Source of the DNA: Trichoplax sp. H2
Lineage: Eukaryota
Length of the DNA: 64,000 bases
NCBI GenBank assembly: GCA_003344405.1
Contig: NOWV01000100.1
Location: 124,001 to 188,000 of the forward strand
Direction of reading: 5' to 3'
Shown: positions 51,201-64,000 of the stretch, one piece after another
How positions within the stretch are numbered: the stretch's first letter is position 1
Layout: every line of letters begins with the position of its first letter
The notes under the pieces: generated by a model
The model's database searches: none
Told to the model about the DNA's origin: nothing
What the model saw: only the letters and a program-made list of their open reading frames with translations
Program-made: the position numbers and the translations under genes

Positions 51201-53660
51201 ACATAGCTGATGATTATAGCAAACAGCGAGTACTGTAATAACTAAATACAGTAGCCTATATATGAATGTGAAGCAAGCGGATTGTAGATATGTCTAAATA
51301 TAAGAGCAATACAACATGTCTATATTTAAGAGTAGAATATAGTTACAGTATATTCTAAATACACTACATACATAAATACAGCTATTACTCAATTCGTGTA
51401 TAAGGCAATATTATGTCTTTGTAATAAGGTCGACTATATCTTATTCTACTCTACTATTATAACTCACAACAGAATTAGGCAAACTGAATAGAGATAAAAG
51501 TCTGCTTTATCATACAGAAAATTGTGCAACACACGAATCTATTTCTAAGCTCTAATTGACTTTCTAGCCCACCAATGGTTTCCTTACATATGCTTAATTT
51601 TTACATCGATCTTAGTAAAATGTTATTCCTTGTCTTGTCAGAGGGTCTCATATCATGTTAATCTCTTAATTTATATCCCTCATGTAGACAAGATCTTATC
51701 TGTTTCATGAGATTGCTTATGTTTATAATAATTAAATTAAGATGAAGTGAGTAGATGTTATATGGTATGATATCACTTAATATTCCCAGTACACAGATAT
51801 TTACATAGATACATGTAAGAAAATAGTGTTGTATCCAATTTAATAAAATAATTTTATCCTTACAGTTATTCAATTAAGAGAGCATGTGTGTGAGTTTATG
51901 TGTCACTAATGCCGCTATGCCTCTAAATTAACCTGAAAGTAAGCAAGTTTATAATAAAATAATATCATTTTATTGTAATCAAATATGGAAATCAATATCA
52001 TAGCTGATACCATATTTATCAAGTCCTCTGTGAAATTTTGGCAGGATATCAAGCATAACGTCTTAACTATAACAAAATAAAATGAAAAGTAAAAATCGGA
52101 AGATGCATGTCATGTTTTCTATGTCATATGCCATGATTTTTTTTAATAATGCCTGTAACATAACTACGATGATATGCTAATTAAATCTAGAGATCTGCGA
52201 TATTATCTGCTAATTACTATGTCAATCTTCTGATAAATGAGATATATTAAAAATTCAAGTGAAAGGTTCAACAAAGCTCTATAATTGGAATTATTACGAC
52301 TTAAAAAACACAGAACGCTAATAACGCAATGATAATTATACGGTATGTCTATGAACAATTATACTAAAATAAAAGGAGAAACTTTACGAATAAACAGAGT
52401 GCTGAGTATCATTGTAAATTATGCATTGGGAAATTTTAGTTCATTTTATATTATCATAGAATATGACCCAGGTCTCCTTTATTGAAACAATTTAAATTAA
52501 ATTAACATTAAAATAAAAGATGCAGTAGAATATTACTTAAAAGATTTTCGTTCCGAAAAATATATTTTGATCTAGAAGTTTATTAAACTCAGATACCAAA
52601 TAATTATACATCTATTCTTTTATTGATCAAAATTAATATCGATCAGATTGTAAGCTGCTGAAAAAGTAAAAAAACGATAATTTATTTTATTGAAAAGGAA
52701 TAACTGAATTAAAATATCAGGTCGCACTTACAGCACTTACTGTAATTTAAACGAAACTAACAGTTATACCCGCAATATCTATTACCACACACGCCCAGAC
52801 CTATAACCTATTAAATCGATTTACTGTATTTCTGAGACATTCGGATTAAAGTCGTATATAAGGACCCGTTCCTTTAATCTTCTAGAATCAAGATCTAAAT
52901 ATATATTACCCTTATTAACTATCTATTGCATTCCCAACAATAATGCACTCAATTTGCTATCAAAAAATCAATTACTGATATCCATATTTGTAATGTCGCA
53001 TAAGCAACATTGCAAATAACATACCAGGTGTGCAATATCTTAAAATGAAATCACACATCCGATTCAAAAGAAAATGGTCAGTAGCATCAATATTTATAAA
53101 ATTATTAAACAATAATACAAATGATTGATTTGCTTCCGATGAAAATCGTAATTAGTTTCATAAAATTTTCTCCTGCATGGTAGCTGATGCATTATATAGG
53201 CGATCCTTAAAACAACAAAAAGAGCTATAATCTTATTAATTTTTTATTTATGCCTTCATTAGACTGTTTTTATTACAATAAAAATGACTTCAAGATCAAT
53301 AACAATATCTAAGTTACAGTAATCTTTAATTTACCAGTTATTAGATCCAATAAGCATTGTTACTTACTTATAATTTCGTAATACTCATTAACTCAAAATA
53401 TATTTACAGCTGAGAGAAAGAGTATAAATTAGAAAATCATTTGTTGATCAAATCAGTCTACTTCAATTTTAATCTTCAAATAATCTACTGCTGACTCAAT
53501 TATTTTCCCATAGAGTCCTTTAGGCCTAAGCATTCTTGTTTACATCTATTGTGAATATACTTCAAATTTTACAGCACCCAAAGATATCAACTTGAACACT
53601 AAGAGTGTATTGGCACTACTGATAGTGTATGTAACATCAAATTTTTAATTCTTAATCAAC

Positions 53661-54698
53661 ATGTCATCCAACCATATTAGACTCAGCAATGAAACAAACC
53701 ATCAACTGGTATCGCTATTAGGACTTCGACTTATTGTCGGTATACCTTCAGTTATTATTTTTATCGGTGGTTTGATTGGAAATATATCTACTGTATTTAC
53801 TATCATTCGATACAGAAGAACGACAACCAAAGATCTCATGTTCTACTTAGTTGCTAATTTAGCAATGTATGATATTCTTGTCATGTTATTTGCTTTACCG
53901 ATTACAGTTATCCGAAAATTAGCTTTCACATGGCCGTTTGGAGCTTTCCTGTGTTATACTATAAATGGTTTCCCTCCTTTCTCGGGAATAGGCTCAGTAG
54001 TAACTATGGTTTCTATAGTAATCGATCGTTACTATGTCGTTTTACATGCAGCAAATCCAAATCCAAAAGAGAAGCAAAAGGGACTAATTCTTTTAGCTTT
54101 ATTCATAATAGCATTAGCCATTGCTTCACCAGCATTTATATTTTCAAAATATGACGATTCTCAATCAACTCCTTATTGCGACATGGTTTTTTCTACTGAT
54201 CCTGCTATTCAAATTATGTGGAGACGAATTTATGTTACCTTAGTCAGTGTTTTGATTTTATTTCTACCAGTTACGTTCGAAGTAGTCTTATATGTCAAAA
54301 TTTTACTGGTTTTACGACAAAGATTGAAAGGTCCTACAGCTCGATTCAATTATGCATATGTTAAAGCTCACAAGAATACCATCAAATTGATGCTGTTAAT
54401 GACTATATTATACGCAACTACTCATACACCGCTGTTTACTTGCTACCTAGTCTATCGTTATGGAGGTGTAGCGCCCGAAAATGTTTTAGTATTTCAACTT
54501 GTATACATCATCGCGCATTTATGTTTCTATTGCAAAAGTGTCATTAATCCTATAATTTACACTGGCTTTATTCCAGAACATAAGCAGTGGCTACTTTGCA
54601 TAATTAATTTCAAATTTATACGGCCTCGCTTGTCAAGTACAAGTATCTTAAAATTCCGGAAAAATAAATGTACTATTGCTCCAGTATCAGCCTCATGA
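53661..54698 (+). CDS. Rhodopsin-class GPCR, intronless, intact
   Basis: 345 aa, 7TM. Motifs: GN, NLAMYD, WPFGAFLC, IDRY and NPIIY. TM6 has THTP in place of CWxP. Confidence 0.95.
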   Translation: MSSNHIRLSNETNHQLVSLLGLRLIVGIPSVIIFIGGLIGNISTVFTIIRYRRTTTKDLMFYLVANLAMYDILVMLFALPITVIRKLAFTWPFGAFLCYTINGFPPFSGIGSVVTMVSIVIDRYYVVLHAANPNPKEKQKGLILLALFIIALAIASPAFIFSKYDDSQSTPYCDMVFSTDPAIQIMWRRIYVTLVSVLILFLPVTFEVVLYVKILLVLRQRLKGPTARFNYAYVKAHKNTIKLMLLMTILYATTHTPLFTCYLVYRYGGVAPENVLVFQLVYIIAHLCFYCKSVINPIIYTGFIPEHKQWLLCIINFKFIRPRLSSTSILKFRKNKCTIAPVSAS

Positions 54699-56480
54699 TT
54701 TAGTCATGAAATGCTCATCATGGAGCACTACGGGGCTTAACCTTATAAAATGGCTTTTATTGGATATCTTGTATCTCTCTCGATTTTATAATATTCTATT
54801 GGATTGAGAGTAATATCATTCACTAAATATTTCTTCTAAATATTATTATACCGGTGTGACTAGTAAACAATACTATGTAAGACTAGAACAATATATTCAT
54901 TATCTATGATAAAATGAAACATTTTAATCAAAATTTTCATTCAACGTCACTTAAACTTTCTGCTAAGATTCGTGTTAGTACTGAATACTACAAAGTATGG
55001 TTGATACTTAGTTTGTAAAATTAATACTCTATCATTGTAAGCTTATTCTAAATAATAGATTCCATATATCTTGTATTTAGAATCTTGAATATCTCCATAT
55101 AACGTAACTTTTCTTCTCAATAACAAGGCTAAGAAATTTTTTAACTGACTAGTGTTGTGTGCAATACAATTTTACTTGTACAATATCCGTTAGAATGTTA
55201 AATTTTCTAAATGGCTTGACATGATTTGTAACCCTTACCTTATACCGTAAGTATCAAAGCCATAAGTTTACACCTATATTAATACTATGATTAATTCTTC
55301 ACTTCTCTAGAAATAAATTAGCACACCAATAAAGATATCAACACTTACCGTACTACTTGTTTTTTCAGCTCTAGGCAGAATAGTGCAATACTTACGAAAT
55401 ATAAATATTCTCAACTGCTACGATGACTTATTGAATTAGGGTATTAAATCTACCATAGTCATATCCATAGTCGGTATAAGGCAATGGATTTTTCCTCTAA
55501 TATAATAACTCCTCCTTCATTTATTCAGTAAGGTATTATAGATTAAAGTTTTTGAAAGTCGTGTTAGCATATTAAAATTTGGAATAGTCTTAGAATGGCA
55601 ATTCTCTAAATAATGTTTTTACGTATTACTGCACTTATCATTAATTTTTAGATGTAAAGATATAGTATCCATGGCAAAGCATTTATGTTTCAGCATTCTT
55701 ATTCAATATGATTATTCAATAGTTGTAGAAGTAGGATAATTTAGTTGTACTTCTTCACTTTATCATTCCTGTCGTATGAGTTATTTGGTGAAGTCATTAT
55801 CTTCTGTACTTGATGATCGTGTGTGCTTGTTACGGAGACATGCTCCGAAATATTAATTGCTAAGTTAATTAAAATATCTCATTTAAATTATTGTTTGCTC
55901 CAGTAGCTTATTAGATATCAATGTTTATTCATAAGTACTTGTTCAATATTGTTGACATGTCGGAGCTAACACGCTTAGTCTGTAAACGTTAATTAATAAC
56001 ACCTTAAGTGTAAGATTAATTACTTTGCAGAGCCTTGAGGCTCTAGTTGCTATACTAGGATATGTATACTGTACAGTGTAAGCCGCTATTTCAAGAATAT
56101 TCGCAAGTGTACCATCGGCGAGGCTATAAAAAGCGGAGCAATAGCTTAGCTTCTCAGTTCCAGTTAGTCATTTACAGGATCTTTTGACTATCTTTTGACT
56201 ATTATTGCTAAGAATATTCTTACGTTTTTCTTTAGTACATTTTACGACTAAGGTTAACGAAAATAAAGTAAAGTATTTAAACCTATGACTCAATAGTAGT
56301 TTTTTTGTGTAGCTGAGAGTTAGTTCAACTACGATAGGTCCCTAAGTTAGTTGGCAACTAAAGTACTAGTGAAGATAGTGTTTAAGACCCGGTTTCTTGT
56401 TACAAAGAAGTAGATTTGTAACAGTGCTATACTGTGTCGTCCTGGATAGTCCTGTACGTCTCAATATTAAATAGAGCCTA

Positions 56481-57022
56481 ACACCTTAAACTGGTTGCAA
56501 TAGATCACAGTGCTACACGCTATTGAAATACTAGGAATGTTGTCTATTTCAAGCGGTTTCTTCGAGATCAAATTCTCTCGAACACACCACAGGCTTAGAA
56601 AGATATTACTGCAATCCACGAGCTAGTAACTAGAGAGAATAAAATTGATTTACGACACTCGTTTCCTCTATATATGCGGGAAAGTTCGACTAATAAAGGT
56701 GAGATCCAACACTTATACCTTAAACTGATTGCGATGGATCACGCTAGTAAACCCAATTGAAATAGTAAAAACATTGTTCTATCCTAAGTGTTTTTTGTGA
56801 TAAAAATTCTCCTTAATGGGTCAAAACATTAGATTTTACTGCAACATATGAGCTGGCTGTTTGAAAGACCATGAAATCAGTTTCGAAAGAATAAATTGAC
56901 TTCAGACTTTCATGTACTCCATTTTTGAGAAAATTCAACCAATAAAGGTCAGATCTAAATGGTTATACCTTAAACTGATTGCAATAGACCACAGTAGTAG
57001 GCGTAATTAAAACACTAGAAAT
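56481..57022. repeat. Old degenerate tandem repeat, ~2.3 units of ~235-250 bp
   Basis: ACCTTAAACTG(G/A)TTGC(A/G)AT(A/G)GA(T/C)CAC occurs near 56483, 56717 and 56967. AATAAAGGT(G/C)AGATC occurs near 56692 and 56941. Confidence 0.85.
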
Positions 57023-57344
57023 ATAGCAGCATATTAAATTTCCATATATTAATCCAGTTATTCCGGGTCTGAGAGGATGAAAGGGGAAATTAGTAAAATT
57101 AAACATTGAAAATTGAAAGCGCGATACATGAGATACCTGCAATATCTAAATACTAGTTATATCACGTATAATTTGCTGTGTGCAGCTTCACCTTTTTTAG
57201 TGAAAGTAACCTCTTCTCATAATGCAAATTATCAAAAATAATTATAATATCACCAAATTAAAATGTTATGCTAAACTGAGTCAGCATGAAACGCTAACTT
57301 CTATCGTGAATACATTACTGGAACAGCGTAAAAGCTGGATTTAG

Positions 57345-57492
57345 CATTTGCTTAAGAAAAAATAGATAAGAAAAAAATCTCGTTCTTCTTAAATCTCTAC
57401 TCAATATCCATCCATTTGCTTAAGAAAAAATAGATAAGAAAATAAATCTCGTTTTTCTTAAATCTCTACTCAATATCCATGCATTTGCTTAA
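57345..57492. repeat. Recent 68-69 bp tandem duplication
   Basis: CATTTGCTTAAGAAAAAATAGATAAGAAA...CTCAATATCCAT occurs at 57345 and 57413. A third CATTTGCTTAA lies at 57482. Confidence 0.95.
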
Positions 57493-58595
57493 TATGTAGC
57501 CACACTCTATGCGATAAAACAAAACACGCAAACTGGGTGCCATTACACAATAATATTCTATTGAACTCGCGAGCATATATATTTAATGATAAGAAATACA
57601 GACTAGAGTATGCTTAGCAATACATACGAAAATAGTGTGTCCAATAGCATATTTCATCTTATGTTCTGCATGTCTGCATATAGGTTAATATTCCTTGCCT
57701 AATAACGCAAATGACGACTGCCATTTATTAAAATCATTGCAACGGCAAATTTAAAATTTGTAAATACGTATTCATTACTATAATTCAGTCGATTTTTTAT
57801 TTCTTACACAAAATTCATTGCACGCTTGATGATATTCAAAAGTATGTGCAAAAAGAAAATAGTTGTATTTAAATATCTTTCTCGATAATTACTGCAACAT
57901 ATCGTTAGTTAACTAATTCTGAGGCTAACTGTAGATAGAAATGAATATCATATCACTTACTACTATTGTAGTATCAAGAATCAATTACAAACGGTATAAA
58001 AATAAAATTTCAGTTTTACCAGCTATTGAAGTTAGGAAAGTATCATAATCTTATTTCCTTCTTGATACCAAATTACAGTTTTAGATAAAGCTTATCAAAT
58101 TTACCATTTAATGAAATCAGCAAATTAATTCTTGCAAAGAAATAAGTATAATGTTTAATGTTTATTCAGCCTTACTGACCAATGCCAGTATCGATAAGAG
58201 AATATGCGTGCTCTAGAATACCGTAATGTAGTGATTTCAGCTAATTACAGTAGTTTTGTGTAGGCAATACAGTGATAGCATACAGACACTACACATAATG
58301 AGACGGTTTACCGATGTATAATTTCACCGTAATTGATATCATTCTAACCATGTTAAAGTTTTGTTTACTATACCATCCGAAAAGGGCTAACAAGGGTATT
58401 AGGAGTAAAATAGAAAAATAAAAGAAAAAGAATTTTTGAATTGAAATTGTATTCGCTTCGGAAATATTGCATTTAAAATCCTGAAAAGGCATTAATGACT
58501 ATTTTAGGATATAACAATCCTTTTCTGTGTCTTGATCAGGATTATAGCGTATACTATGCAGTTTCTTCCTTGCTACATATCATATTTTGGAAATA

Positions 58596-58831
58596 TAGTA
58601 TTAATTTCAAGATAACGTTATTACAATTTTGACCTTCGACCTGAAAATTTTACTCAGAAAAAGTTTAATCAATAACTTAAAATGATCTAAAACTACCGCA
58701 ACATGTTTATTTACTAGTATTAATTTCAAGATTGCTTTACTATAGTTTCGACCTTCGACCTGAAAATTTTGCTCGGAAAGTTTTCCATCAAAAACTAAAA
58801 AATGGCTTAAAACTACTGCAGCATGTTTTTT
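58596..58831. repeat. Two diverged 119-bp tandem copies containing GACCTTCGACCTGAAAATTTT
   Basis: TAGTATTAATTTCAAGAT occurs at 58596 and 58715. Both copies share GACCTTCGACCTGAAAATTTT and AAAACTAC(C/T)GCA(A/G)CATGTTT. Confidence 0.9.
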
Positions 58832-61800
58832 CAACAGCGCAAAAACAAAAAATATTTACGGCTTGCGTGATCAACTACTAGATCGGAAGATGTTCTGTCG
58901 GAAGTGTCTAAATTTTCGACTTTGGTAGACAGTTTCATCATGACCAATTTGACAAAGGCATAATTTGGCGTGAGCCCAATTCATACCTGAAATGCTGAGA
59001 TAGGAACTGAAACTTTTTGTCTAAATCAATGATGCACATATTGCTCGTACAATAGCTATGGATATCTTTAGGCATTGCGTTACTGAATGGGAATATAATT
59101 TTTCCCAAATTGCAAAGTATTTCATTACAAAATAATCCACCTATGATAATCTTATAATTGAAATTTTCTTCATTCCAATTATCTGCATTGGGTTCATTCC
59201 ATTATCTGCTTGCTTTCAACTAGCCTATTTATTTTGTCGTAGACAATAGCTATAGAGACAACAGTAATAGGCATCAGCATTTTATTAATGGCGATCGAAA
59301 ATTTGTAGTCTGAATAAACGCTGCGGCATTAGTGCTTTGGAAATAGGTTATGCTCTACTACTGATAGAGGTCCAAATTATGCAGATGTAATCATGATAGC
59401 CAATAGATTTTCCCTACCTTATTGATATTGACATCGAACTACTTCATGTCTCAATATTAATAAAATTCTTTAGACCGCGTCATGCTACCACTGATAGTGT
59501 CTTTTGATCTATCTCAGTAGCCTCAAACTCTCTTTAGCAATAATACATAATTTATTATATCTGTAAATATCCATAATTCGAAATTGTTGAATAAAAATTG
59601 TCAGTACCACAAGCTGGTGGTCGAGCCTATTAATACTATAGCTATTTAAAGAAGCAAAAATCAGTAATTGCAGAGAATTAATTATAGTTTGTAAAAGCAA
59701 GGCATTAGCAACTTTATATTTCCAATAATTACTGTTAATTATTAATATTGTCTACAAGGATTTATTGTTCAACTATAATAGTTACTAGATTACTGCAATA
59801 GCTGTCACTTTATCCTGTAGGTCAATACAAGTACGCTTATAACTATTTTGCAGAAAATAATTTAAGCATCATTAATGCTTAATAAAGATCCTTTACTATA
59901 ACGCTGGGCTGATATCGATTTTTTTTCGTAGTCGTTGGCACTAGGCATTTAAATATTAACAATTTACGAGCTGAAGATTGATACAAAATCTACTTTTTTC
60001 ACCAAAAAAAATGTATATAAGATATATATAGCTGGAGTGAATAAATAATCATTTAAATTATTTTATATTTTTTAGACAGTATCCTATCAATGGATAATAT
60101 TAAACTACTAATTGTACGAGCGTACGTGATCTTTAAAAATAATAACAACGACGGCATAGTCTACCGATATTTACCTGTGGTCACGTTTACTATACTCTAT
60201 TTAAAGTTACTTCAAAGAAAAAAATAGATATATAACCGTAGTTGCTTTCGATATGAAACAAAAAGTATGTATCCTAATAATGAACTTCATGCTTTTAAAA
60301 TAGCAATACATAGCTACAAATAGTCGCATGGCTAAATAACAAGCCATCATTCAACTGGTGACCAATAAAATATCAAGAGCTGTAGTATATAAGTGGATTA
60401 GAATAATTCTTTGTATATTAAACAAATGTGGTATCAATACTCAATGACAGCCTCTCTTTCAGTCATTACAAGTAATTTTTTATGTATTTTAGTAATATGA
60501 CACAACAGGCCAATATAATTAATGTATTTAGTAACCAATTTACCGCGTTTATTACTAATATTTAGAAATGGAACGCGAATTGAGTCAGGTTAATGAAAAG
60601 CTACGGCAAAATATCTTCAGTTATATTTATAGAAATAAGAAATATTGCAATAAAACAAAATAAATATCGACGTTTATAAACATGATACAATCATATATAA
60701 GATAAATTTAACGGTATAGAGTACCAATATCATCTTACGCTGGAATAAATGCCGCGACATCATGATTGATTAACTAAGTACGTAAAGCATCTTGAACATA
60801 AATGACTTTAGAAGTTGACCGTTAATATATATATAAAGACTAACACAGTAGAAAGAAACATTATATATCATAACAACCATAAAGTAATATATTTTAGGTG
60901 ATTCTATTTCATTTTACTATATTCACGTAACATTTTCACAGGGAAAATGAGCTTAGACATTAGAACCGTAAATACTTTCTAATTCCAATTTTTGCAAACA
61001 ATATTTTCTCTTTTCCTAATACAGCATAGACAAATGAGATAAGTATCCTTCCCATTACAATTATACTTATTCCATACTAATAAGTAAAGCCCAGGAATAA
61101 ACAATTGATATAGCTAGATGTAGTAACAACAATCAATTTTCGCTCATGCACAATAAGCACAATGCTATAGACAGTCTATAATCAGGCAATACAATACTAA
61201 ATTTAAAAAAATTCCACATTTTCGCTTGGAACAATTGCTATGCACTGTTATAATTTTTATCGCTATTAAAAAAGCCCAGTGACAAACATTCGACGCAGTA
61301 AAAATTTAAGTACAATTACTAGTGTTCGTTCATAGACAATAATATGAAGCTTTCTAAAAGGAATAGGCATTATAGAATACTAAAATAGGAAAATATCTGT
61401 TTTATTTACGAATGTCTTAATCTACTATATTATTTGTAGACACAGTAAGATGCAGTTGCCTTATGAATTAATATAAAGCGTACCGGTACTCTATAATTTA
61501 CTTGCTTAGTACTTGTTATATCACTTTTATTATTTAATATAGTAATTGATTTAATTCTAAGGCATATTCAAATTTATTTAATTGCAATCCTATTTTACGG
61601 TGCTCGAGCCATCATCAAAGAATTTCCATATGTGGGTATACGAACAAGTTATGTGCAATGCATTTATCCAATTCATTATAGTTTATTTTGTAGAATTTGC
61701 AAGGGTATACGGGTCTACGCAAGCTCAAGAAACTACATCCTGCGGAATTTCCGTGAGATCTGTTGGTAATCAATATCCTTATCTGTAAGTAAAATAGTAT

Positions 61801-64000
61801 CTACTCCATCAAGACTCGATATTTCTATCAACTGTGTAAGTAGCCTCTAAACTTTTAACGCTTTAAATTGATAGAATGGATCAATTAACCAAAACAGTAG
61901 TAGAAGTTAAAAACAGCTTTCTAGTAACAGACATTTTTTCTCGCTCTACATATTTTGCATTTATTCATGTCACCTACGTTAATTTTTCCGTAGAAATTGC
62001 ATTTAAAGTCTTACTTTATATTGATTAAGGAACACTGTTAAAATTGATTAAGATTAAAAGTAGTAGTCTTTAGAGCTGGAGTATAATTTTGCACCCGTTC
62101 TCTTGCCATTAATACTGTTACTGGTAAGCGGACATAAAGTAGTTCAAAGTACAAAATGGGTGAAAGCTCTATCTGTAGCATTACGGAATTGGGAAGTTGG
62201 GCGGAACAAATGTTACTTCAGTCATTTAGAGTAAATCTCTTATAATAGGCCTTTAGAAAGTTAAAAAAATCGACGCCATAATTCATTTTAATCATATAAC
62301 GATACTTAGTAACTTGGTTCAATTTGTGCCATAGTTAGCGGTATAACAGTGACCGAATTTAGGAGACTGAATGCATTTAAGTAGTTCATAAACTGTCAAA
62401 GTAGTTAAAAAGTGTCAAATGAACTGTCATGTTTTATTTGGCATCACCACTTACGTATCTATGCAAAGATAATATAACGCTATCACTTCATGTTTTTAAT
62501 CTGGCTTTGCGATAGCTCGCTATACGTTTCTTCTCCCCTCACTGTATATCGTACCATTCTTCTATCCCCACTGAATTGAGAATAGCGTCGCTAGCATTTA
62601 CTAATAAAATATAACTGACAATGTCACCCCTAGTCGTTAATCAATTTCCGGTAGCTATCGTGATTAATTACTTAACATTACAATAAAAGAGTCAATTTTT
62701 GCGTCAATCTAAGCACTCGTATCCTGATATGATTACCCTATCCGATCACCTAATATTGATACTTTTGCCTATTTTAGGATTGACTTCTACAGAACCACAT
62801 CAAGCAGTATAATTAGCGTACCAACTGTCGACTACTGTAACATTTATAGTTGTAGTATTAAAAATGGACAAAATCACACTTAAATCAATGGTAACAACGA
62901 AGTATAAAGCAATTTTTGCTACGTGACTGGATAATTGTATTTCTTTTAGTGCGAACCAATTCAATTCTAAATTGCGTATGCTTAAAATATTTACGCAATT
63001 CTAATCTGTCATACCATTATTTTGTTTTGATTATAAGTCGCCATTTTAACCAGCATTTAAATGAATATGTCCGTGTAAATGGAGGTACGCAATTTTGATC
63101 GATGCTTTTCTCTAGGCGGACATTCTGACATTAGAAAAATGAAAAGAGAAATTTCGACAATAGACCTTGTTCATTATTCTATAAATTGTAGACTAAGGAT
63201 GACTAGTAAATCACCCTATTTATTTTAACCTCCAATCTAGCTCTTTACTAATTATTATGAAATTAACAAGTATCCTTGACATAACCATTCTTGCCACTGC
63301 TCCTTTTCTCTACCGGATCTTCAATACCTATATTACTTAAAATAATACAAGATAGCCTGTAAGCTATATGATAAAACTGAAAGCCTTTGATATACTTTGA
63401 AAAAAGGCTACCAACGAGTGTTTGATTTATGGTTCGTCCGGTAAGTTATATTTCCATAACATGAGAATACTAGAAGCCAGCAACCCAGTAAGATATCCAA
63501 AACTTTGGGATAGCTGAAATATTAAATTAAAATAGTTACTCACCAACTATTATATAAAATGAGACAATGGCTTACTTAAAATGAGATAATAGGTCACGAT
63601 AATCACGATATAAATAAATAGATATCACTTTGACATCGCCCATCTGTCAATACTACCCATCTCGTATATGCTAAATAGTGCAGAATATATCAAAGTATGT
63701 AATTGTTCTTGATATTGAAGGATATAAATAATTTATCACCGCTTTTATATTGATGTATGCGTCAATAAATAATCTATCACTGCAATCAATAAAGTAGATT
63801 TTCTAATTATTCCATATTACTATAAAAATCGAATAATGAAATATGTCACGCATAAAGGCTTGCTGGTCTGAATGTTATATTATCCTTTTACAGGTTATAA
63901 GACAATTTAATGTCAGTGAAATGGTTGTTTGACGCTACTATTGAACTATGACGATGTAATATTTCCTTCCTATAAATATAGGCTAATATTATGATTAATT

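Overview
AT-rich animal genomic DNA with short spliceosomal introns, intronless class A GPCRs and a long intronless TPR gene. That combination suggests a placozoan such as Trichoplax (inference only). Genes I can support: the 3' end of an acidic protein (1-141); four rhodopsin-class GPCR loci (5335, 29295, 48763 [pseudogene], 53661); a 4-exon AKAP7-like 2H phosphoesterase; an intronless SLC35/TPT-type transporter; a ~31-exon USO1/p115 with one U12-type intron; a 12-exon RCC1L/WBSCR16 with one GC-AG intron; and a ~1140-aa protein made of 42-residue TPRs. The most striking signal is non-coding. The regions upstream of SLC35/USO1 and of RCC1L are dense in TA-CAG-TA, TA-CTG-TA and TA-CGG-TA units. 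Comparing the copies of a minisatellite there shows these units are 5-bp insertions at TA dinucleotides, which matches the Tc1/mariner excision footprint. Also present: a probable gene-conversion tract between tandem GPCRs, a strand-skewed Helitron-like element, a candidate solo LTR and several degenerate tandem repeats. All gene models and alignments were done by eye, with no database searches.
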